64,000 bases of DNA from Pseudomonadota bacterium (GTDB lineage Bacteria > Pseudomonadota > Gammaproteobacteria > Burkholderiales > JAJZQI01). The position numbers and the translations under genes were made by a program. The first letter of the stretch is position 1. Every line of letters begins with the position of its first letter. A model generated the notes under the pieces. It made no database searches. It saw only the letters and a program-made list of their open reading frames with translations, and had not been told where the DNA came from. The stretch lies in the NCBI GenBank assembly GCA_021851875.1, contig JAJZQI010000001.1, positions 19,511-83,510 on the forward strand, in the 5' to 3' direction. Shown here in pieces: positions 28,199 to 36,571 of this stretch.

Positions 28199-28227
28199 AT
28201 TAATTGTTTGAATATATGTGATAGTAA

Positions 28228-29145
28228 TTAGCTATTGATAAGTGATACGCACGGAATATCGCTCGCCAGAATGGCTTGGCGCAAAGCGGCCACAGCCTCG
28301 GGGCGGGGAAAACTCTTGCGCCAGGCCAGGGCGATGGTCCGCTGCGGCACCGGCTCGGCAAAGGGCAGGTAGCGCAGCAAAGGGTTTGCTCCAGCGGCCG
28401 TGCAGGGCAGGACGGTTACGCCTGTGCCCGAGGCAACCATGTGACGGATGGTTTCCAGCGAGCTGCCTTCCAGGGTTTTCTGCATTTCGCCCGGCTGCGA
28501 GCTGGGGCGGTTAAGTTCCGGGCAGGCCTGCAATACCTGGTCACGGAAACAATGGCCGGTACCCAGCAGCAGGGTGGTTTCGTCAGCCAGCTCGTCCGGC
28601 TGGACGGTCGTGTGGCTGTGCCAGGGATGGTCGTGCGGCACCGCAACCGTAAAGGGCTCATGGTACAGCGGCTGGATATCCACGCCGGGTTCAATAAACG
28701 GCAAGGCAATGATGATGACGTCGACTTCTCCCTGGCGCAGCCGTTCTGTCAGGCGGGAGGTGAAGTTTTCTTCCAGCAGCAGGTGCAGCTGCGGCGTCGT
28801 GCGTTGCAGCGCGGGAATCAGGCGCGGGTAGAGATAGGGCGCCACGGTGTAGATGGCGCCTACCTTGAGCGGTTCGGCCAAAGGGTCGCGCCCGGATTCG
28901 GCAATTTTCTTGATCAGCCCGGCCTCTTCCAGTACTCGTGCGGCCTGGGCAACAATCCGTTCGCCCACGGCGGTGAGCCGGACTTCCTGTTTGTCTCTTT
29001 CAAATAGCGCAACGCCAAGTTCGTCTTCCAGTTTGCGGATGCCGACCGAGAGGGTGGGCTGGCTGACGAAACACTTGTCCGCCGCGCGGCCAAAATGGCG
29101 TTCGTTGGCAACGGCGACAATGTATTTGAGTTCGGTCAGGGTCAT
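28228..29145 (-). CDS. oxyR: LysR-family hydrogen peroxide sensor OxyR
   Basis: HTH start MTLTELKYIVAVANERHFGRAADKCFVSQPTLS. Redox pair context LLGTGHCFRDQVLQAC, equivalent to OxyR C199/C208. Confidence 0.85.
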   Translation of the reverse strand: MTLTELKYIVAVANERHFGRAADKCFVSQPTLSVGIRKLEDELGVALFERDKQEVRLTAVGERIVAQAARVLEEAGLIKKIAESGRDPLAEPLKVGAIYTVAPYLYPRLIPALQRTTPQLHLLLEENFTSRLTERLRQGEVDVIIIALPFIEPGVDIQPLYHEPFTVAVPHDHPWHSHTTVQPDELADETTLLLGTGHCFRDQVLQACPELNRPSSQPGEMQKTLEGSSLETIRHMVASGTGVTVLPCTAAGANPLLRYLPFAEPVPQRTIALAWRKSFPRPEAVAALRQAILASDIPCVSLINS

Positions 29146-29167
29146 GGCAATCGCAATGGAGTTTCGC

Positions 29168-30016
29168 TCAGCTTAACGCAAATCCGTGCTGCATGCATTT
29201 TCTCGCAGCGATGGAGTTGGCATGAGCCAGTGCCTGGGAAAACGACAGATTGCGCGCCAGCGCGTCGATTAAACCGGCATTGAACGCGTCGCCGGCGCCC
29301 AATGTGTCGACCGGCCGGTCAATTCTGGCGGCCGCTGCGTGCAGCCGCTGCCCGTCCGCATCGCCAAATGCGCCCTGTTCGCCCCAGGCCAGTGCGATAC
29401 GCGCCTGCGGGCTGCGGGCGCGCAACCAGTCGAGCATGGCGGCCGGGGTGTTCAGGTCAAGGTGAGCGGCCAAGGCTTTGCCGGCAATCAGCACATCCGG
29501 CAGCGGCAGAACGGATTCCAGCTGGTCGCGCCATTTTTCCGCTTCCAGCGAAACGGTGCAGGGAGGACATTCGGCGCGAACCCGGGCGATCATCCGGCGC
29601 AGTTCGGCAATGGCGCGGCCTTCAAAATGCACCCATTGCACGTCGTGCAGGGGGACGGCGGCAAATTCGTCGGCGGTCAGCTCGGGCAGATCGCGGTAAT
29701 GCACGATCGTGCGCGAGCGGGCGGTGAGGGTGATGGACGACGTGGGCGGACGGCCCGTATGGCGGGCCGCATGGCGGTAGTCGATGCAGTATTGATCCAG
29801 CTCGCCGGTAATGATCGCCGATTCGGGGGTGTTCGCCAGCACGCCGGCCCAGCGGCAGGCATGTCCCAACTGGCTCAGCATCACCAGGGTGTTGGTGGCA
29901 TTGCCGCCACGGCTGATGCGCAGGCTCTGGGCACGCGTTTCCTCGTCCTCGGCCGGGTAGTGGTCGGTGCCGAAAACGAGGTCAAGCGTGGCAATACCGA
30001 CTGCCAGAATGTTCAT
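29168..30016 (-). CDS. PfkB-family sugar/nucleoside kinase (ketohexokinase-like)
   Basis: N-terminal GIATLDLV and GGNATN motifs, and C-terminal DTLGAGDAFNAG ATP-site motif. Confidence 0.8.
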   Translation of the reverse strand: MNILAVGIATLDLVFGTDHYPAEDEETRAQSLRISRGGNATNTLVMLSQLGHACRWAGVLANTPESAIITGELDQYCIDYRHAARHTGRPPTSSITLTARSRTIVHYRDLPELTADEFAAVPLHDVQWVHFEGRAIAELRRMIARVRAECPPCTVSLEAEKWRDQLESVLPLPDVLIAGKALAAHLDLNTPAAMLDWLRARSPQARIALAWGEQGAFGDADGQRLHAAAARIDRPVDTLGAGDAFNAGLIDALARNLSFSQALAHANSIAARKCMQHGFALS

Positions 30017-30022
30017 TCGGGC

Positions 30023-30406
30023 TTACCAGCGATACTGCTCGAAGAACAGCGGCAACTTGCTAACGACCTCGTCCCGCTCGAAGAAACGGTCGGCGCGCGA
30101 CAGGCGGGCTTCGTCGCGTTCTTCCGGGCTGCCGCCGAAACAGAAAATCGGCAGATTGAGCATCCATTCCATGCGTACCTGACGGATCACGTCCAGCGGG
30201 TCGAATACGGTCAGGTCGTCCAGATCGAGGAACAGAAAGCGATGCAGCAGCACGTCCTGATACTCGCCCAGGTCGTCCAGGCTGTCGGTGCGGATCATCT
30301 CCCAGTCGGCTGGAGTGACGGCACGGATCTGCTCAGCGAGAGGTTCGTCGTGCGTCATCAGGATGAAGCGTTTTTTCAGGCGTTCTGCAATGGTCGGAAT
30401 GGCCAT
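30023..30406 (-). CDS. receiver-like (CheY-fold) protein with degenerate phosphorylation pocket
   Basis: 127 aa. KRFILMTHDE (beta1), HRFLFLDLDD (beta3 acidic site), LPIFCFGG (beta4). No conserved Lys segment is evident. The 1-nt TAATG junction with the upstream gene implies translational coupling. Confidence 0.45.
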   Translation of the reverse strand: MAIPTIAERLKKRFILMTHDEPLAEQIRAVTPADWEMIRTDSLDDLGEYQDVLLHRFLFLDLDDLTVFDPLDVIRQVRMEWMLNLPIFCFGGSPEERDEARLSRADRFFERDEVVSKLPLFFEQYRW

Positions 30407-31422
30407 TAGTCGTTCTCAAAATGGGCGGTTTGTACAATGCGCTCGGCCCACAGGCCGGCTTCGTCGGTATGCGACTGTAGCACAGCCGTCAGGCTGGTGG
30501 TGTCCGGGGTACATTGCAGCAACTCGGTCAATACCGTTTCGCCAAGGGATAATGACAGAGCCAGCCGTTCCAGTTTGTCGCCCCGGGTTTGCGCGCGCAC
30601 CCAGTCGTCGCCATGAGCGGTAACATAGTGCCGCTCCGTGAGAAAGCGACGGGCATTCAGCTTGATGCCATGGGGCACGAGCCGCTGGCGGGCCGGATAT
30701 ATTTCATTCTCGTCGGGCTGATAGGCTGCAATGGCGGTTTGTTCCGCGGCAGTCAGGACGCTGTGTGTGATTGCGCAGCCAAGATGGGTTTTCAGCTCAC
30801 GCTGCAGTTGTTGCATCAGCTCGCACTGGGCCGGCACAGGGGCAATGCTGTGCCAGTCCGTCACCGCTTCGCCGAGCGCTTCGCCGAGCCACTGGCGGAA
30901 GCCGGCGGAGGGCGCTGCAATGCAGGCGGCGAAGTGTTCAGCCGGAAAGCGAAACAGAAAACTGCTGGCAACCAGGCCGGCGCGACCCATGCTGGCCGCC
31001 CCGCTGCCGGCCAGTTTTTTGCCCTGAAACCACAGGTCATGCACTACGCGCTCAGCTGCAATGCCGAAATGTGCGTAGGTTTTGCGCATGGGCTGCAACA
31101 GGGCATCAAACCACTGTGTCGGGCGTTTGCCGCTGATCCAGTTGTGCGGCAGGATCAGCACCAGCAGCAGCTGCTGTTCGTCGAGCCATACGCCGCCGCC
31201 GCCCAATGGGCGTTGCAGCACGGGTATATTGCAGGTCGGGGCCAATTCAAGCGACTGACCCTGATGCGCGCCCAAGCAAAAATGCGCCGGTGTGCGGCCG
31301 CATAAGAGAATTGGATTGCCTTCGGCTGGCAGGGATTCCGCCAGATGCTGATAGGCTTTGTGCCAGACATCGGCCTGCACCAGGCCCAGGTCGACCAGGC
31401 GCAAGGCGTTTTTCTCAGGCAT
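30406..31422 (-). CDS. lipoate/biotin protein ligase family (LplA-like) with unique C-terminal domain
   Basis: Trimmed to MPEKNALRLVD at 31422. QRPLGGGGVWLDEQQL matches the RRxSGGGAVyHD pattern of LplA. QGKKLAGSGA matches the catalytic-lysine segment GrKIsGSA. Confidence 0.7.
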   Translation of the reverse strand: MPEKNALRLVDLGLVQADVWHKAYQHLAESLPAEGNPILLCGRTPAHFCLGAHQGQSLELAPTCNIPVLQRPLGGGGVWLDEQQLLLVLILPHNWISGKRPTQWFDALLQPMRKTYAHFGIAAERVVHDLWFQGKKLAGSGAASMGRAGLVASSFLFRFPAEHFAACIAAPSAGFRQWLGEALGEAVTDWHSIAPVPAQCELMQQLQRELKTHLGCAITHSVLTAAEQTAIAAYQPDENEIYPARQRLVPHGIKLNARRFLTERHYVTAHGDDWVRAQTRGDKLERLALSLSLGETVLTELLQCTPDTTSLTAVLQSHTDEAGLWAERIVQTAHFEND

Positions 31423-31819
31423 CGTCCCCGGCGGGCTGTTCGGCGTCGGATTTGAAGAATTTGCCGAAATAGAAGTCGCGGCGATCCAGGTCTTGCAGTT
31501 GGGCGGCACGTTCCTGCACGCCCTGGCGCAGAATCTCTGCCAGGTAACCGCCCTGTTCGCGATCGACGATGTGGATCTGACCCATCAGGTCTTCATCCAG
31601 ATTGAGGATGTGTTCGGCCAGGCCTTCGGGGTAGGACAAATGCAGCAGCCAGGCCTGGTTTTCGGCATCTTCCGGATCCAGCGGGCTGAGCGTGATTTTG
31701 CCGAGCCAGGCCAGACGCGCGGCCATATTGAACTGGCGGATGTCGAGTTTTTTGCCCTTTTTGTACTTGTTCAGCTCGTTCTTGATCTGACCCACGTCAG
31801 TCACTTTGATCTGTTTCAT
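31415..31819 (-). CDS. hypothetical acidic protein (134 aa), first gene of the operon
   Basis: Codon usage matches the neighbours. 8-nt overlap with the next gene. No family recognised. Confidence 0.5.
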   Translation of the reverse strand: MKQIKVTDVGQIKNELNKYKKGKKLDIRQFNMAARLAWLGKITLSPLDPEDAENQAWLLHLSYPEGLAEHILNLDEDLMGQIHIVDREQGGYLAEILRQGVQERAAQLQDLDRRDFYFGKFFKSDAEQPAGDDA

Positions 31820-31886
31820 CAGGTACTTCCGAATGCGCTATCGAAAGCAGAGGAGTTTCCGCGAAAACGGGGTTTTGTGCAACCCT

Positions 31887-31921
31887 GAAGGGAGAAGGGA
31901 GAAGGGAGAAGGGAGAAGGGA
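31887..31921 (+). repeat. heptanucleotide tandem array (5x GAAGGGA)
   Basis: Read directly; perfect units. Confidence 0.95.
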
Positions 31922-31943
31922 GCGGTGGCCGGTAAGCGGGGGG

Positions 31944-31979
31944 CTTCCCCCTTTGTAAAAGGGGGATTGAGGGGGATTC
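31944..31979 (+). repeat. 36-nt hairpin repeat element, copy 2 (CTTCCCCCTTTGTAAAAGGGGGATTGAGGGGGATTC)
   Basis: 32/36 identical to 8995-9030. Stem CCCCCTTT/AAAGGGGG carries a compensatory T:A to C:G change relative to copy 1. Confidence 0.9.
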
Positions 31980-31982
31980 AAT

Positions 31983-32006
31983 AAAAACCCCGCCGGAGCG
32001 GGGTTT
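31983..32006 (-). terminator. rho-independent terminator of the 290-aa periplasmic protein gene
   Basis: Minus strand reads AAACCCCGCtccgGCGGGGTTTTTAT, 24 nt after the stop at 32030. Confidence 0.8.
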
Positions 32007-32029
32007 GGGGTGTTGCTGAAAGGTTCAGC

Positions 32030-32902
32030 TTAGAACGAGCTGGATTTTTCGTATACGCCGCCGGCCACGCCGGTCAGGGTTTCCAGGATCTGGTCCGGGG
32101 TATCGGAAATGCTCATGAAGGTGCCCATGCCCAGCTTCGGCCAGCCCAGAGCGATACGGTAGCGGCCGTAGAGGGCCTCCACCTTGTTGCCGACGATAAA
32201 GATCTCATACGGCAGCGCGGCCATTTGGGAGGAGCCGATTTTCTTCAGCCAGGCGCCTTCGCCGGTGCTCGGGTCGTTCATCTCAACACCGAATACGGCG
32301 ATTTTCTTGTCCGCCATCACGATTTCATAACTCTTGGAGCAGTTGTTCTTGCCTTTGGTCAGGTTGTCGCGTACAGCGGCAACGGCCTGATCAAAACTGC
32401 CATAGGTTTTCAGATCGTTCTTGTCGGAATCGAAGCGTTCCATGCCGAACATGTAGCGGTAGTTGGCCAGTTCGCCGGCAGCCACGTCGCCGCCGAATTC
32501 CTTGCCGGCGCCCAGTGCCTGGGTCAGCTTGTCATGCACCGCCTTCTCTGCTGCTTCGGCGCCGTTGAACTGCTTGCGGAAATAGGCGCGGCCCCAGTAG
32601 TTCGGATTGGCATAGGAAACGGTGCCGTCTGGCTGAACGGCAACGCGGATCGGTGCGGCTACGATGGCGGTACCGCCGGCTGTACGCACGGCGTTCAGCA
32701 AACCTTCGTCAGTGGCGATAATAATGGCCCCGCCGACGCCCTTGGGGGTATGCTCGCCGATCACCTTGAAGCCGGCTGCGGTCAGTTTTTGTTTTACCGC
32801 CGAAACACCGCCCGGGGTCTTGTCGCCATACACATACGGTTGTACGGCCAAGGCCAGGGGGGCCCACAAGGCAAACAAAGCGGTTGCTACGAGTTTCTTC
32901 AT
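32030..32902 (-). CDS. secreted/periplasmic protein of unknown function
   Basis: Trimmed to MKKLVATALFALWAPLALA (signal peptide) at 32902 with SD GAGGAG. A possible two-domain (DUF302-like?) arrangement is only a weak impression. Confidence 0.45.
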   Translation of the reverse strand: MKKLVATALFALWAPLALAVQPYVYGDKTPGGVSAVKQKLTAAGFKVIGEHTPKGVGGAIIIATDEGLLNAVRTAGGTAIVAAPIRVAVQPDGTVSYANPNYWGRAYFRKQFNGAEAAEKAVHDKLTQALGAGKEFGGDVAAGELANYRYMFGMERFDSDKNDLKTYGSFDQAVAAVRDNLTKGKNNCSKSYEIVMADKKIAVFGVEMNDPSTGEGAWLKKIGSSQMAALPYEIFIVGNKVEALYGRYRIALGWPKLGMGTFMSISDTPDQILETLTGVAGGVYEKSSSF

Positions 32903-33313
32903 GAGACTCCTCACTTAATCTATTTTGGTTGGTGCAGAAAGTGGCTGTTATTATCAGGAAAGCCGCTCACAATGGCGTATTAGGGTGGCGTCTGCGCGCA
33001 TGCCTGGTGATGCTGAGACGGCGGTTCCATGCCCTCTGGCGGAGCATGGTTGGTAATACTACTGCATCCAGTCTGTTAATACTAGTAACTTGTTACATCT
33101 TTTAGTATGGCAACCCGCCGGATATCGGCCGCGTTGATGTTTTTTTTTGCAATACCTGGACTGCTGTGCGCGGTTATAATAAACGCACCCGTCGCTGCAC
33201 AGCATTAATTTCGCCGGAGTTTTCCGGCATAAAAATTATCGCGTCCGCGGCACTCTGGCGGGATGGCATGATTAAAACCGTACTTTGAAAGCAATACGGA
33301 AATAGGTTCAAAA

Positions 33314-33826
33314 ATGAAATTTTTGCGTTACTTCGGCCCTTTTTTGCTGTTCTTCGTGCTGCCGCTGCTGGCGGTGTTCTGGAAAATGGGCGGTTTCGCC
33401 TCCGTGACCATCGATTACGCCCAACGCGGTCCGTACTACTACGCCTATCTTGAAAGCACGGGCGATCTGGGCAAGCTGATCGATACCCAGGGCAAGGTGT
33501 TCGATGCCCTCAGGGCCGACAAGATCGAACCCGGCATGCCGATTTCGCTCTTGCTGAACAACCCCATGGAAGTGAAGCGATCGCAGCGCATGGGCCAGGC
33601 CGGCTATGTCATTCCGCCGGCAACACTGGTTCGCACGCCGTTGCTGACCGCCACCATTCCGGCCCGCAAGGTGCTGCTGGTGCAGGTGCAAGCCAGTCCG
33701 ATGATCGCTCCCAGCAAAGCCTATACCGCCTTGATGGAATACCTCGACGCGCACCACATGACTCTGCGTTTGCCCACCGTCGAGGTTTACCACGACGGGG
33801 TGTTTTACCTGGAAATGAACGTATAA
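33314..33826 (+). CDS. membrane-anchored protein with GyrI-like/effector-binding-type domain (tentative)
   Basis: N-terminal TM (FGPFLLFFVLPLLAVFW). The C-terminal ~140 aa, ending VEVYHDGVFYLEMNV, resembles GyrI-like small-molecule-binding folds. Confidence 0.4.
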   Translation: MKFLRYFGPFLLFFVLPLLAVFWKMGGFASVTIDYAQRGPYYYAYLESTGDLGKLIDTQGKVFDALRADKIEPGMPISLLLNNPMEVKRSQRMGQAGYVIPPATLVRTPLLTATIPARKVLLVQVQASPMIAPSKAYTALMEYLDAHHMTLRLPTVEVYHDGVFYLEMNV

Positions 33827-33832
33827 GCCGTT

Positions 33833-34762
33833 ATGACACTTAACCTGCTGTCTTTGATGATCGCACTTGGCCTGGCCTGGTGGCGGCCCTTTGCCGCACA
33901 CGAAAGGATGTGGCCGGTCTTGCGGCATTTCAATCTCTGGCTGGAGCGTTCTCTCAATGCCGGCGGCAAGCGTCATGGGCTGTTGGGCTGGCTGGTCGTG
34001 GTCGGCTCGATGACGCTGCTGGCCTGGCTGGGGCATGAATTGGCCGGCGTGTTCGGCAGACTGTTTGTACTGGCCTGGAATGTCGTGGTCCTGTATGTCC
34101 TGCTGGGATATTTTTTCCGCCTGGAGCAGCATCGCCAGCTTGCTTCCGTGATGCAAATAGGCGATATGACGAAGGCTGCGGACAGCCTGGCGCAGCAACT
34201 GCAGCGCGATGGCCGGGGCTGGGATGAGAACACCGTGGCGCGCTTGGCGATAGAGCGGCTGTTTATCGATGCGGGGCATGCCCTCTTCGGCGTGATTTTC
34301 TGGTTCATATTGGGCAGCGCGTTCGGCCCGGCCGGGGCTGTCTTGTATGTGCTCAGTCTGCGTACTGCGGGCGATTGGCATGCGGAACCGGAAAACTTTC
34401 GCTTTGCCTTGCCGGCCGTGACGATTGCCCGCTGGCTGGACGGAATATCCATACGGCTGGCGGCGGTCAGCTTTGCCGTCGTCGGCGATTTCGAGGATGC
34501 CCTGTTTTGCTGGCGCACGCAGGCACGCAACTGGGGCAATATGGCGCAGGGCATTTTGCTGTCCAGCGCGGCCGGCGCCTTGGGCATCCGGCTGGGTGAT
34601 CCCGTACAGGCCGGCGCAACGGTGGAGTACCGGCCCGAAATAGGGATTCACGACCCCGTCGGCGTCGAGGATATGCGCAGCGCCGACGCGCTCATTTGGC
34701 GGGCTTTGGCACTCTGGCTGGCGGTGCTGTTGCTGGTGATGCTGGCGCGCTGGACGACATGA
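33833..34762 (+). CDS. CobD/CbiB family membrane protein
   Basis: Polytopic, 309 aa. SSAAGALGIRLGDP matches the conserved AGALGVxLGG segment of CbiB/CobD. No other cob genes are nearby. Confidence 0.6.
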   Translation: MTLNLLSLMIALGLAWWRPFAAHERMWPVLRHFNLWLERSLNAGGKRHGLLGWLVVVGSMTLLAWLGHELAGVFGRLFVLAWNVVVLYVLLGYFFRLEQHRQLASVMQIGDMTKAADSLAQQLQRDGRGWDENTVARLAIERLFIDAGHALFGVIFWFILGSAFGPAGAVLYVLSLRTAGDWHAEPENFRFALPAVTIARWLDGISIRLAAVSFAVVGDFEDALFCWRTQARNWGNMAQGILLSSAAGALGIRLGDPVQAGATVEYRPEIGIHDPVGVEDMRSADALIWRALALWLAVLLLVMLARWTT

Positions 34763-34796
34763 GTCTATCATTCCCCCTCATCGATGACAGGGAGAT

Positions 34797-35114
34797 ATGC
34801 CGGTGAGATTTTGGCTGCTGCGGCTGCTGCTGCTCGCGTCACTGCTGTTCGGGCAAGTGGCCGGGTTCGCGCACGCGCTGACTCACCTGGCGCCCGGCAC
34901 CCCCAACAGGGTGATCGACAAAGGGCTGACGCACCACTCTTCCGTCTGCGATCTGTGTGCAACCTACGACGCGATGGGCAGCGCGCCCACCGCCGCGGGT
35001 TTCCGCTTGCCCTCCGTGCCGCTTGCCACGCTGGCGTATGTGCTGCTGGCGGCGGCCGCTGTCTTTCGCTTCTCCTTTCCCTACCGCAGCCGAGCTCCTC
35101 CTGCCCTGATTTGA
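34797..35114 (+). CDS. DUF2946-like small membrane protein (His/Cys metal-related motifs)
   Basis: Signal/TM start, then FAHALTHL, HHSSVCDLC. Located immediately upstream of an OMP and ZnuAB-like genes. Confidence 0.5.
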   Translation: MPVRFWLLRLLLLASLLFGQVAGFAHALTHLAPGTPNRVIDKGLTHHSSVCDLCATYDAMGSAPTAAGFRLPSVPLATLAYVLLAAAAVFRFSFPYRSRAPPALI

Positions 35115-35167
35115 ATAGCTGAAGCAGGCCCCCGCGGGGGCCGTATATTCATTTCAGGAGTGTATCA

Positions 35168-36559
35168 ATGAGAGTGACCCCAATTTTGTTGGGCGTGCTG
35201 GCTTTGCCTTTGCCTATGGCCGCGCACGCCTCGACCCGTTCCGACGTGGCCCAGTTGCGCGCAGAGCTGGAAGCCATGCGCAGCAGCTATGAAAGCCGTA
35301 TCGCCCAGCTGGAAAAACGTCTGGCCGAATCCGAGAAAAAAGAAAATGCCTTGGCGCAAAACCGGGAACAAACTCCGCCGGCCTACTCGGCGCCGGTGGC
35401 GGATGCCGCTGTAATGCAAGCGCCTTCCGCGCCGACAACCGACGTGATGCCGAAAATCTCCCTGGTGCTGCAAGGCGGTTACAGGGCGGAGAAGGACATT
35501 GCCAACCGCACGCCGGTGGGATTTTTGCCGGCCTCGAGCGATACCGGCAGCAAACGCGGTTTCAGCGTCGATGAATCGGAACTGGTGCTGGATGCCAATG
35601 TGGACCCGTACTGGAAAGGTCACGCCACGTTTTCAATTATCGATGGCGCGGCCAATGTCGAAGAGGCCTGGTTCCAGTCGCTGCAATTGGGGGATGGGCT
35701 GACGGCCAAGGGCGGGCGTTTTCTGTCGAATATCGGCTACCTGAACAATCAGCATCCGCATATGTGGGACTTTGCCGATGCTCCGCTGATGTATCAGGTG
35801 ATGTTCGGCGACCGTCTGTCGCAAGACGGCGTGCAGGTCACCTGGCTGGCGCCGACCGACCAGTATCTGGAAGTCGGCGCGGAAATCGGCAACGGCAACG
35901 CATACCCCGGCACGTCTCATCCCGGGGCGGGCGATTGGACGGTGTTTGCCCATACCGGCGGCGATGTGGGCATTTCCAGCAACTGGCGGGCCGGTATTTC
36001 CTATGTGCAGGCCAGGGCGGACAATCGCAAGGGCACGATCAACGATCTGAACGATGTCAGCGCAGATACCTATTTCAGCGGCAAGAGCCGTGCCTGGCTG
36101 GCCGATTTCATCTGGAAATGGGCGCCCAATGGCAACAATCATAATCAGTACTTCAAGCTGCAGAGCGAATATTTCCATCGCAATGAAGGCGGGCAGCTGG
36201 ATTGCAGCAATAATCTGGCCTCCGGCGGCAGCTGCGTCGGCCTGACCGACAATTACACCAGTCAGCAATCCGGCTGGTATCTGCAAGGGGTGTATCAGTT
36301 CATGCCGCGCTGGCGCGTCGGTTTGCGGCAGGATCAGCTCAACGTCGGTACGGTCGATCTGAGCGGCAATGCGGCTTACTTGCCGGCGACCAGCTACAAA
36401 CCGGAGAAGACCAGCATCATGCTGGATTATTCGCCGTCCGAATTTTCGCGCTTCCGCGTGCAGTGGGCGCAGGACAGGTCGATCCAGAACCTGCCTGACA
36501 ATGTGCTGACGCTGCAATACATCATGAGTCTCGGTGCTCATGGTGCGCATACCTACTAA
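35168..36559 (+). CDS. outer-membrane beta-barrel protein with N-terminal coiled coil
   Basis: Signal peptide (ALPLPMAAHA). Heptad-like VAQLRAELEAMRSSYESRIAQLEKRLAESEKKE. Porin-like Gly/Tyr/Asn-rich body ending GAHGAHTY. Confidence 0.6.
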   Translation: MRVTPILLGVLALPLPMAAHASTRSDVAQLRAELEAMRSSYESRIAQLEKRLAESEKKENALAQNREQTPPAYSAPVADAAVMQAPSAPTTDVMPKISLVLQGGYRAEKDIANRTPVGFLPASSDTGSKRGFSVDESELVLDANVDPYWKGHATFSIIDGAANVEEAWFQSLQLGDGLTAKGGRFLSNIGYLNNQHPHMWDFADAPLMYQVMFGDRLSQDGVQVTWLAPTDQYLEVGAEIGNGNAYPGTSHPGAGDWTVFAHTGGDVGISSNWRAGISYVQARADNRKGTINDLNDVSADTYFSGKSRAWLADFIWKWAPNGNNHNQYFKLQSEYFHRNEGGQLDCSNNLASGGSCVGLTDNYTSQQSGWYLQGVYQFMPRWRVGLRQDQLNVGTVDLSGNAAYLPATSYKPEKTSIMLDYSPSEFSRFRVQWAQDRSIQNLPDNVLTLQYIMSLGAHGAHTY

Positions 36560-36571
36560 GGGGAGATGGAA

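Noticed and set aside
28110-28227. Canonical OxyR operator (ATAGnt-N7-anCTAT repeated)
   Set aside because: CTAT/ATAG elements are present, but their spacing (about 30 nt) does not fit the 22-nt consensus periodicity. I report only an AT-rich candidate control region.
32915-33313. Cobalamin riboswitch upstream of the CobD/CbiB-like operon
   Set aside because: I could not find a B12-box-like core or the conserved GGTGAAAATCC/GCCACTG-type segments on either strand. A covariance-model search would be needed to exclude it fully.
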